Positions 13,543 to 23,989 of a stretch of DNA of 64,000 nucleotides are shown piece by piece. The stretch covers positions 116,560,001 through 116,624,000 of the forward strand of contig OX597823.1 of assembly GCA_951406725.2 (NCBI GenBank). Direction: 5' to 3'. The notes beneath the pieces were generated by a model. That model did no database searches. It worked only from the letters and a program-made list of their open reading frames with translations, and was not told the DNA's origin. A program made the position numbers and the translations under genes. The stretch comes from Octopus vulgaris. Taxonomy: Eukaryota. Numbering within the stretch: position 1 is the first letter of the stretch; each line of letters begins with the position of its first letter.

Positions 13543-14017
13543 TATCTTTTGTGTTCTGTTTTTAATTTATATTTGATATATATATACATATACATATATA
13601 CGATGGGCTTCTTTCAGTTTCTGTCTACCAAATCCACTCAGAAGGATTTTGGTTGGCCCAAGGCTATAGTAGAAGACACTTGCCCAAGGTGTCACACAGT
13701 GGGAGTGAACCTGGAACCATGTGGTTGGTAGCAAGATACTTACCACACAGCCACTCCTCTGCCTATTTTAACTTATATTTACTTGTATTGTAACTTGTTT
13801 CTCACATTGGACTGTGGTCCTTCTGGGCATTGCCTTGAGGGTTTTAGTCAAACATATCTATCCTAGTACATACTATTAATCACCTTATACTTATTCTATC
13901 ACTCTCTTTTTGTTGAACCACTAAGTAATGGAAATATCAATAAACCAACATCAGTTGTTAAATGGTATTTGGGTCAAACACACACAAGCACACACACACA
14001 TACACATATAAATATAT

Positions 14018-14270
14018 AGTTGAGAAGAAGACCCATCAAGCTGAGCAAAATCACAGACATGACAGACACTGGTGTCATGCAAATGGCACCCGTGCTGGTG
14101 ACACATAAAAGCATCCATTATACTCTCAGAGTGGTTGGCATTGGGAAGGGCATCCAGCAGTAGAAAACCATGCCAAGTCAGATTGGATCCTGATGCAGCC
14201 TTCCAGTGTGCCAGCCCAGTTAAACTGTCCAACCCATGCCAGCATGGACAATGGACGTTAAATGATGAGG
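14018..14270 (+). mobile_element. RTE-type 3' end (5'-truncated LINE or SINE with RTE tail)
   Basis: GAGTGGTTGGCATTGGGAAGGGCATCCAGC...CCAACCCATGCCAGCATGGA...GGACGTTAAATGATGA. Confidence 0.7.
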
Positions 14271-14309
14271 ATATATATATATATCAATAATAATAATAAT
14301 AATAATAAT

Positions 14310-14525
14310 AATCCTTTCTGTTATAGGCACAAGGTCTGCATTTTTGTGGAAAGGTGGACAATTGATCATATTGACCCCAGTACTTGACTAGTACTTAATT
14401 TATTGACTCTGAAAAGATGAAAGGCAAAGGTGACCTCAGTGGAATTTGAACTCAAAACATAGCAATGGACGAAATACCACGAAGTATTTTGCCTGCCGTG
14501 CTAACAATTCTGCCACCTTACCACC
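14310..14525 (-). mobile_element. Meta-domain-like SINE next to (AAT)n
   Basis: GATGAAAGGCAAAGGTGACCTCAGTGGAATTTGAACTC, homologous to the other Meta-like copies. Confidence 0.65.
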
Positions 14526-14528
14526 TTA

Positions 14529-14593
<65 letters not shown>

Positions 14594-14720
14594 GGTGGTG
14601 GTGGTGGTGGTGGTGGTGGTGGTGATGGTTATGGTGGTGGTTGTGGTGGTGGTGGTTATGGTTGTGGGTGGTGGTGGTTATGGTGGTGGTGAGGGTGGTG
14701 GTGAGGGTGGTGGTGGTTAC
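14529..14720. repeat. Compound (GAT)n(GGT)n microsatellite
   Basis: Seen directly. Confidence 0.95.
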
Positions 14721-15164
14721 TATGAAGTATGTATTTAATATATACAGCTTTACATATACCTACACATGTTTCTACAACATCAATTAGTAACCGTTGCAAT
14801 TGCAACCTTACTATAATATCAGTGCAGCTTCTTCAGAGTCTTCACTTTAATATCCCTTAAAGTTTTTCATTTATCTACTTTGCATTGTATGATGTGGAGT
14901 TGTTCATTAATTCAGACATGAACTACCTTCAAATGAAGTTTTGATTGGATAATCACTTATAGCCTGTTATTTCAAAATATTCTGTTGTTTTAATGTTTAT
15001 TACTCATTTATACTGAGCAAAAGAGAATTTTCTCATTTGCCAGCATCTTAAAGCTTTTGCTATCTAGAATTTATTATGTTACCCTTAAATGTAAAAATTT
15101 GTTAAAATTCTTCTAAACAAAAGTCACACTTATTAGTTCCAGAACTATGTTTTTGCAGTACTAA

Positions 15165-16005
15165 TCATCATCATCATCATCATCATCATCATTTAACGTC
15201 CGCTTTCCATGCTAGCATGGGTTGGACGGTTCAACTGGGGCCTGGGGAGCCCGAAGGCTGCACCAGGCCAGTCAGATCTGGCGGTGTTTCTACAGCTGGA
15301 TGCCCTTCCTAACGCCAACCACTCCGAGAGTATAGTGGGTGATTTTATGTGCCACCGACACAGGTGCCAGACGAGGCTGGCGAACGGCCACGCTCGGATG
15401 GTGTTTTTTATGTGCCACCGACACAGGTGCCAGACAAGGCTGGCAGACGGCCACGCTCGGATGGTGTTTTTATGTGCCACCGACACAGGTGCCAGATGAG
15501 GCTGGCGAACGGCCACGATCGGATGGTGTTTGTTACGTGCCCACAGCACGGAGGCCAGTCGATGCAGTACTGGCTACGGCCACGTTCAGATGGTTTTCTT
15601 GTGTGCCACCGGCACTGGTACCACAAAGATACAAATTCCATTGATGTTCATCTATTTTGATTTGTTTTGATTTTCACTTGCCTCAACAGGTCTTCACAAG
15701 TGTCACAAGAAGGAAGGTATGCACAGGTGGACTGACTACGTCCCAGGTAGGGGCCACGGGTTATGGCCTGACTAGTCTTGCCGGGTCTTCGGATGGTGTT
15801 TTTATGTGCCACCGACACAGGTGCCAGATGAGGCTGGCGGACGGCCACGATCGGATGGTGTTTGTTACGTCCCCAAAGCACGGAGGCCAGTCGATGCGGT
15901 ACTGGCTACGGCCATGTTCGGATGGTTTTCTTGTGTGCCACCAGCACTGGTACCACAAAGATACAAATTCCATTGATGTTCATCTATTTTGATTTGTTTT
16001 GATTC
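15165..16005 (-). mobile_element. RTE LINE 3' UTR with (GAT)n tail, internal 60-bp tandem units and a duplicated block of about 210 bp
   Basis: Tail at 15165-15192; TTTTATGTGCCACCGACACAGGTGCCAGA three times in tandem; 15460-15670 repeated at 15790-16003; homologous to 63345-63945. Confidence 0.8.
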
Positions 16006-16026
16006 ATATATATATATATATATATA

Positions 16027-16412
16027 CTAGCAGTATCGCTCGGCTTTGCTTGGGTTTGTTTCGACCCTTTAGAATTGGAATTTTTGAAAAGTAAAAATTT
16101 TGCATTATGTAGCTTGTTACTCTCTTTAAGTGAACATTTTTCTGGTTGAAATACACCGAAAAATGGTGACACAGCAGTCAAAAAATTGTGAAAAATAAGG
16201 ATTTTCATAGAAAAAAAGCATCTTTTTGATGTAAATAATTTTTGGTGTTAACATAGTCCAATTTGAATTTTTTCTTCTACGGAAGAAAGAGCAAGCCTTC
16301 TTCTATCATACTTTTGGTCAACTTGTGCCGCAGGGTCTTGGAGGAGATAGTGTTAGTTGAAGGCTACCAAACCTGCCACATACAGACAACTTCAGCTTTA
16401 TATATAGAGAGA
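16027..16412 (-). mobile_element. Non-autonomous Helitron
   Basis: Minus strand begins TC(TC)TATATATAAAG and ends with the hairpin CCCAAGCAAAGCCGAGCG plus ATACTGCTAG, inserted between A and T. Near-identical copy at 30785-31173. Confidence 0.8.
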
Positions 16413-16864
16413 TGTATGTATGTATGTATGTATATATGTATGTATGAATGTACCCAACAATTTCCTTTCAATTTCCATCTACCAAATCCATTCATATGGC
16501 TTTGGTTAGCCCAGGGCTATAGTAGAAGACACTTACCCAAGGAGCTAAACAGTGGGACTGAACCTAATACCATGTGGTTGGGAAGCAAATTTCTTACCAG
16601 ATATGCTTGAACATATGTTGTGATGTTTTATATTTCTCAGAATATATGATACTTTTAATTATTTTCTGTTCATGGTCAGTTCTTCTTTGACGCTGATCAC
16701 AACTATAATGTGTCTGTATGTCTTAATTAATTTACAAATTAATTTAGAATTTTGTTGCTATCTGATTAAATAACATTGTTTGTATTTATTGGTCTTCATT
16801 GTTGTTGCTATTTAGCCCCAGGTCAACTTTGATCTAGCAGCATTCCAGCCTTGAACATAATTAA

Positions 16865-17270
16865 TCATCATCATCAGCATTCAACATCTGTTTTTCTGTT
16901 TTCCATGTGGGCATGGGTTGGACAGTTTGGCAGAAACTTTCAAGGCCAAAGGCCACACCAGGTTCCATAGTCAGTTTTGGCTAAGTTTCTATGAATGGAT
17001 GCCCTTCCTAACTCCAACCACTTTTCCAGAGTATAATGGGTGCTTCTTACACGGCACCAGCACCAATGCTTTCCATATGGCATCAGCAACCACACCGTTT
17101 TTTACGTGGCATCTTGGTTTTAGGATCTCAGTTCTGTTGTGGTGGGCAGGTCTTCTTGACCATATTTCTTGGTCCTCTGTCATCTCCTTTTTAAGGTTCA
17201 GCATTTTGAGGTTGGCCCTTATTACTTCGTCCCATCTCTCCCTGGATCTTCCTCTTCCACAACATCCTGT
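16865..17270 (-). mobile_element. RTE LINE 3' fragment including the ORF C-terminus
   Basis: Translation GRGRS..RWDEVIRANLKMLNLKKEMTEDQEIW, followed by the shared 3' UTR and (GAT)n. Confidence 0.75.
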
Positions 17271-18732
17271 TTTTTGTTGCTATTTTTAGGTGTATCTTGA
17301 CTACATTAAGTAATGCGTCTGTTTATATTCATTAAGATGGCAGGATGTGATTTGTGGGAGATTTGGCAGCTATTTCTAGCTGGATGATCGACCATGCAGA
17401 GACTTATTCATTGGCTCATATTTATCTACTAAACATTATTTTTTTACTTAAGGTCATCCTTGATCTGATCAAGAAGACCTATGATTAAAGACATTTAAAC
17501 CATGACAATACTGGTTGTTTTAGCAGGATCTAGAACCTTTTTTCCATTGGGTTCTTCTCTCCTTCTCAAAACTGTTGTGTATTTTGAGGGAAATTTTTGC
17601 TGCTATTTCTAACAGGTTAACCAACATTAGTGCAGATCTACATTGGTTCTAATGTTTGGAAGATAACTTCAGAAAAAAAAAAAAAGCTAATTATTTATAA
17701 AATTATTTGTGATATAGGCCATGCATTAATTAGAGTTTCGTAAAGTTCGTTACTTAAAAACAAGCAGTATTGCTGATTAAGCAACATAGCATTGAATAGA
17801 TTAGCATAAAAACAACAAAAAGTCTTCAAATGCATAGACACAAACACAAATGTACATAGATACAGGTTTAGATGCTTGTGTGTAAATATGTGTTGATATC
17901 TTTCCACACAAGGCTACAGGTTGTTGTTCAGGTGAGAATCTCGCTGCACATCCTGACTGAAACGGTGCGTAATGTTTCGCATAACAAAATATGTTGGTTA
18001 CGTTAAAGTCAGTTGAATCCAGAAATTAAATTATTCTGTGGCACCATCCACTTGGTAATTAACAGTTAAGTAGGTGAGTGTATATTTAATGATGAGAGCA
18101 ATAAAAAATGCCAGCATAAGATCAGATATACGGTAAAATAGAAATAATAAAGGTGATTGAATTGCTAAGGAGATGTAGAGAAATGTATATTTGTTGGTAT
18201 AGTGTGAGGGAATTAACAAAGAATTAAATTATTCTGAGATGCCATTCACATGATAATTAACATTTAAGTAGGTGAAGGTATATCTAATGATTCTGATTTA
18301 ATTATTAATGTTTCAGTAAGTTCAGGTGAAGCAGCTCTGAAGCATTCCAAATGAACAATACATGGAGGAGTTGTCTCCCATCTTTACCAAGTTAAAGCTA
18401 ATTAAATATTTGGAGTCACATCCATGTGTAACTTACTAACTTCTATACTGAACACTGGATAATGTAGTTCAAGGTACACTATGTCAGGATAAAAAATGAA
18501 TTAGTTACAGCTGGGATATCTCAGATCATAGATCTTGACTAACTTCACCTGGAGCTAACAAAAATAACGAATTTCTCACACACATAAGAATACGTTCCAT
18601 GACTAATGCTACATCAAGTCTATTGTACTCAGTACACTTCAACCATCACCATCTGCCTCCCTTCTTGTACAACCAGTTAACTTTCAAAACATTATTAATT
18701 TCCTTACGCCAGGTTTCATATTAGATGCTATA

Positions 18733-18897
18733 GGCGTAGGAGTGGCTGTGTGGTAAGTAGCTTGCTTACCAACCACATGGTTTCCGGTTCAGTCCCACTG
18801 CGGGGCACCTTGGGCAAGTGTCTTCTACTATAGCCTCGGGCCGACCAAAGACTTGTGAGTGGATTTGGTAGATGGAAACTAAAAGAAGCCCATCATA
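18733..18897 (+). mobile_element. SINE family A, 5' half
   Basis: GGCGTAGGAGTGGCTGTGTGG...AAGAAGCCCATC followed by (TA)n. Confidence 0.85.
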
Positions 18898-18958
<61 letters not shown>

Positions 18959-19124
18959 CTTAGTAAAATAAATTACTTTGCCATATACTGAACTTTCTAG
19001 AAATAGCAGCCAAAAAGTTTTTAGCCATTTCCACTACTTTAAGAAAAACTTCTCTCAGATAATGTTTACTCAAAAATAACTCGTGGAGGTAAAAACAGTA
19101 AAAAATCGCAAGTACAAAGATCAT

Positions 19125-19187
19125 TTGAGAACGTCAACGTTTCTAGATTAGCCGAAATAAAACTCAGCATTTCTTTCGTCAGCTCAA
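19125..19187 (-). ncRNA. Type-I hammerhead ribozyme motif
   Basis: TTGAG-CTGACGA-AAGAAATGCTGA...TCGGCTAATCTA-GAAA-CGTTGACG-TT-CTCAA: perfect 5-bp stem I, canonical core, near-palindromic stem III, GUU triplet; A.A mismatch at the base of stem II. Confidence 0.65.
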
Positions 19188-19380
19188 CATTTCTTAATTT
19201 TGGACCTGAAAGCACTAACAAAATGAACATACCTATCCGATAATGTATCACCTCAGACAAACATCTTCAAACTGCCAGTACTAGCAAATTCAAAATGTAC
19301 AAGTGAAGATTCATGTTCCTTCCCCTTCCACCCACGTGAGTTATCTAGTAAACATTAATTAATTTTGCCCTCAATTGTTG

Positions 19381-19411
<31 letters not shown>

Positions 19412-19477
19412 TATGATGGGCTTCTTTTAGTTTCCATCTACCAAATCCACATATATATATATATATATGTGTGTGTG

Positions 19478-19764
19478 TGGAGGAGCAATGGCCCAGTGGT
19501 TAGGGTAGCGGACTCGCGGTCGTAGGTTCGCGGTTTCGATTCCCAGACCAGGCATTGTGAGTGTTTATTGAGCGAAAACACCTAAAAGATCCATGAGGCT
19601 TCAGCAGGGGGTGGTGATCCCTGCTGTACTCTTTCACTCACTCTTTCTTCTGTTGGCCTGCTCACTTAGCCAGCGAGGTGGCATCATTCAAAGGCTAAAA
19701 CAATGCGAATGCATTGTGACCAGCGATGTGTAGCAACATCTGATGGTCTGGTCGGTCACGTGAT

Positions 19765-19771
<7 letters not shown>
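19478..19771 (+). mobile_element. tRNA-Arg-headed SINE, tail type 2 (OR-like)
   Basis: TGGCCCAGTGGTTAGGG..GGACTCGCGGTC..GGTTTCGATTCCC head shared with tail type 1; different 3' half ending GTCACGTGATCACGTGA. Second copy at 55382-55691. Confidence 0.8.
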
Positions 19772-19809
<38 letters not shown>

Positions 19810-19827
19810 TGTATATATATATATATA

Positions 19828-20462
19828 CTAGCAGTATCGCCCGGCGTTGCTCGGGTTTGTAAGGGAAATAACTATATAAGCATTTTTAGAGAGTTATAGC
19901 CAAAAAATAGCAAAAAATGCATTAAAAATGGAAAAAATATGATGGTAAATTTTTAAAAAAATCGTTGACTCATCGTAGACATTTTTAGAGAGTTACTTCC
20001 CTTATATAATAGCGACAAAATGCATTAAAATGGAAAAAAAACGATGGTAAATTTTTTTAAATCGTAGACTCATGTAGACGCTTTCTTAGCCATTTCTGTT
20101 TTGGTGTCTTCAAGCCATGAAGTCGTTGTTCTAAAAGAACACTGGTCTCCTTGACAACGCATTACGACGTTGATTTCCTTACACTCCCTTCCCCACAGGT
20201 GTAGGTGTGAGCGTGGACGCCAACTCCGCCACCATCGACACACGAAAAATTATTCATTAAAATGGAATAAAAAATGATGTTAAATTATTTTTAAAATTGT
20301 AGACTCATCGTAGACGCGCGCTAATATTCAGACGGGCTCGATATGAATCACGACTATAAGCTACCCGAATTTGGTTAAACTGTACCGCAAAATGTGGGAG
20401 TAGTTAGGAATCTAAATCGAAGGGGACAGACACTCACACAACTACAGTTTTATATATATAGA
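19828..20462 (-). mobile_element. Non-autonomous Helitron, same termini as the 16 kb and 31 kb copies but a different interior
   Basis: 3' end CAAACCCGAGCAACGCCGGGCGATACTGCTAG|T, 5' end A|TCTATATATATAAAACTGTAGTTGT; internal repeats of GCATTAAAATGGAAAAAA...CGTAGACTCATCGTAGAC. Confidence 0.75.
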
Positions 20463-20479
20463 TATACATAGCGCAGTAG

Positions 20480-20845
20480 TGGTGAGATATGACAGCAAAG
20501 AAAAGCATACATTCACTCTCTGCATGCAATTAGACTCGGAAAGTTCGTGAGGAACCCATTGACCCAATTTGCTGACTTTTCCGATAGCATACAGGTGTCA
20601 ATGAATGGTTGAATGACCAAATCCAAGCTTCTCTGCTAGTTCCTCAACAGTTACGATGATATTTTGTTCCACCAGGGTTTTCAGGATGTCCTTGTCGAGT
20701 TCTACAGATCTTTCAGGATGAGGCTCGTCTTCTAGGCTGTAGTTTATGGCTCGGGATTTCTGGAACCACCATTGACACTGCCTTACGCTTATTGTCCAAT
20801 CCCCATATACTGCATTAATATTTCTTGTACTTTGCACACATTTAT
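20480..20845 (-). pseudogene. mariner transposase N-terminal remnant
   Basis: RNINAVYG..TISVRQCQWWFQK...SLEDEP...VEELAEKLGFGHSTIH*HL.AIGKVSKLGQWVPHELS: HTH region plus WVPHEL. Confidence 0.85.
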
Positions 20846-20897
20846 ATTCTGTTATTCTTTTATATGTTTCAGCCTTGAGGTTGTGGCCATGCTGGAT

Positions 20898-20937
<40 letters not shown>

Positions 20938-21148
20938 TATCTGTCTGTCTGTCTGTATGTATATATGTATATGTATGTGTGTGAACAATAATATTTTCAA
21001 CAGATGTGTTGCAAATGTATCTGATTGTTCTCAAGCTTCAATACTGTGTGTGTGTGTATGTGTGTGTGTGTATGTATGTATGTATATGTATGTATGTATG
21101 TGTGTATGTATGTATGTGTGTATGTATGTGTGTGTGTATGTGTGTGTA

Positions 21149-21179
<31 letters not shown>

Positions 21180-21666
21180 ATGTATGTATGTATGTATGTA
21201 TGTATGTATGAGTGTATGTTTACTTTATTACTAATTACTCTCTTCCAAGAACATTTTCACTCACTCTTAGCTCTTAGCTTCCCATACATTTTACTCATGT
21301 ATCTATCAGCGTCATAGACAGAATACTTTCACTTTAGTCTTCCTCAAATCACTCTGTCGCTATTTACTTTCATTTTATTCGTTGCCCACTGTGTGTGTGC
21401 GTTTGCGTGTGGTGTAAACCAGACTAAGAAAAGCATTTGACACACACACCAGAATGTGAGTTTTCTGTAAATTTTGCTTAATTGGAGTTTAAATTTTAAA
21501 AACTGGACCTGGCATGACGCGATGCATTGTACTCTCAAAAATGCTAGGTAAATTGTAATTGAAGAAATCCTATATTGTAGATTTCTATAACTCCCAAAGG
21601 GAGGCAGATAAAATCTGCCTTTTATAATAAGAGATATATATATATGTATGTATGTATGTGTGTGTA

Positions 21667-21890
21667 TATGTTTGTGTGTCTGTGTTTGTCCCCCAACATC
21701 GCTTGACAACCGATGCTGGTGTGTTTACGTCCCCGTAACTTAGCAGTTCGGCAAAAGAGACTGATAGAATAAGTACTAGGCTTACAAAGAATAAGTCCTG
21801 GAGTCGATTTGCTCGACTAAAGGCAGTGCTCCAGCATGGCCGTAGTCAAATGACTGAAACAACTAAAAGAGAAAAAGAGTAAGAGAGTAT
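21667..21890 (+). mobile_element. SINE family A, 3' half
   Basis: GTTTGTCCCCCAACATCGCTTGACAACC...AAAGAGTAAGAGAG. Confidence 0.85.
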
Positions 21891-22530
21891 AATTCTGAGA
21901 ATAACACATTCTCTTTCAGAGGGAAGCATATTTATAAATAAAAGGTGCAGCCATGAGAATCAAATTTGCTCCAATATATGTGAGTTCTGTAAAGAGGCAC
22001 TTGGAACAAAAACTACAAAACAGGAGAGGAAAACAATGGTGCTATTTTAAAAAGATATTTAGAGAATTCATAGAAAAGATTTCTTGTTGGCTGTTTTCTA
22101 ATTTGAACAAAATCTGTAATTACTTTAGATGAATTCAACATTCTTATGAATAATTTACATCAAGCCTTGAAATTTACAAAGGTAATGAGTTCCACAAAAT
22201 TACCATTTCTCAATACAATGATAATGAAAAGTAATAGCATCATTACAACAGACACAGACATACAGGGATTTAAATCATGTCACCCAGTACATATAATATG
22301 TAATGTGCCATATTAGCTGGCTAAGAAAATTAGTAGAGTTATTGATGATAAAATATCTAAGAGCAACTCGCAGAATGCCAGAGATTATTACTGAAGCAAA
22401 AATATATCCACCCTTACTTATATAAAATGGTATTGATTCTGCAAGACAAATGCCAACAAATCAACATTGAGCTATCCAATGCAGAGGAAAACAAGACCAG
22501 CATGTAATACCTAGTACCTTATATAGCCAC
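21891..22530 (+). pseudogene. Penelope-like element reverse transcriptase remnant (frameshifted)
   Basis: Segments translate to ENNTFSF, IKGAAMRIKFAPIYVS...HLEQKL, LDEFNILMNNLHQALKFT..KLPFLN.MI.K...ITTD and FKSCHPVH..NVP, matching PLE RT/thumb motifs. Confidence 0.75.
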
Positions 22531-22723
22531 CCATAAATCCACACAACCACAGATAAATATCATCAGAATACAAACACACAGACACACAGACACAAACACA
22601 CATATTATTATTAGCATATTCATATTTTCATTATCTCTTTATCTTTTATCTTATTTGACTGTGGCCATGCTGGGGCACCACCTGGAGGGATTTTAGTTGA
22701 TCAAATCAACCCAAGGACTTCTT

Positions 22724-23242
22724 TAAATCGTCAAGTATAATCCACATTTCTTTCCCAAAATTTAAAGGTCAAAATCCCGAGTGCATACTATATACGAGGT
22801 TAAAAATGAAAAATATTTTCTAAGCAATGTTCGAGTCTCTATTTGCTGTCTGGCAATGTTTATTCAGATGCATTTTGTGATGTCAGGCATGAAAATACCT
22901 TAAGCTAAGCCTGAAAGCAATGAAGTCTTAAAAGAATCATCCATAACTTGCAGTAAGCAACATTTATTACAATAAAAGTATTCAGAACACAGAATAACAT
23001 GTAACAAAAACAAATTGCAAACATATTTACATTCCCATATAACAGTTAAGAACATCACCATTATTGTATTACGAATGCATGGAAGTGTTTGTTCGACAAG
23101 GTGCTGCTGGCTTAATTTCACATGACTCAGGTTAGAGAAGGGGTGCGTATTATACACAAGGTTTAGGTTTTTCAGAGGCATGGCCCCCTAAAAATCCCCT
23201 GCATATTATACTCAAGAGTGGGCTATACTCGAGGATGTACGG
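22724..23242. mobile_element. Tc2/pogo-like non-autonomous DNA transposon inserted in a SINE A copy
   Basis: Ends CTATACTCGAGGATGTACGG|TA; the left end TAAATCGTCAAGTATAA is its imperfect inverse; subterminal GCGTATTATAC repeats; SINE A sequence on both sides. Confidence 0.6.
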
Positions 23243-23340
23243 TACTTATTCTACTGATCTCTTTTACTTAACTGCTATGTTACAGGGAGGTAAACACACC
23301 AACACCAGGTTGTCAAGCAGTGGTGGGTGGACAAACACAT

Positions 23341-23373
<33 letters not shown>

Positions 23374-23424
23374 CTAGCAGAGATACCAGGCCAAGATCAG
23401 GATTAAAATGGCATAGTTTTTTTA

Positions 23425-23720
23425 TTGTTTTACTTGTTTCAGTCATGTGACTGTGGCCATGCTGAAGCACCACCTTTCATCGAATAAATCGACCACGGGA
23501 TTTATTCTTTGTAAGCCTAGTATTTATTCCATCAGTGTCTTTTGCTGAACTGCTAAGTTATGGGAACATAAACACAGCAACATCGGCTGTCAAGCAATGG
23601 TGAGGGTGCAAACACAGACACACACAATCACACATAAGTATACACATATACACTACAATCTTCTTTCAGTTTCCATGTACGAAATCCACTCACAAGGCTT
23701 TGGTCATCCTGAGGCTATAA
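23425..23720 (-). mobile_element. SINE family A, head truncated
   Basis: Homology to the other copies. Confidence 0.8.
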
Positions 23721-23863
23721 TGTATATATATACATATATATTTCTGTCGAAGAGCGTAGGCTCAAAACACAAAAGACTTTCTCACCCCAAGCAATAAACT
23801 AATAATACATCAGTTTATTCTTTACACACCCTTCTTCGTCTTTTGATTTTTGTAAATTCTCAC

Positions 23864-23960
<97 letters not shown>

Positions 23961-23989
23961 ATACACACACACACACACATATATATATA

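Larger units (their letters stand above)
12660..13764 (-). mobile_element. SINE family A split by two insertions in its internal microsatellite
   Basis: 3' half at 12660-12835 and 5' half at 13597-13764, in correct order and orientation. Confidence 0.75.

Noticed and set aside
15340-15530. Regularly spaced direct repeats resembling a CRISPR array
   Set aside because: The spacers are also near-identical, so these are tandem units inside an RTE 3' UTR; eukaryotic context and no cas genes.
19478-19550. tRNA-Arg(TCG)-like sequence, also at 28331, 55382, 2910 and 8240
   Set aside because: No proper acceptor stem, and it continues into a shared SINE body; these are SINE heads, not tRNA genes.
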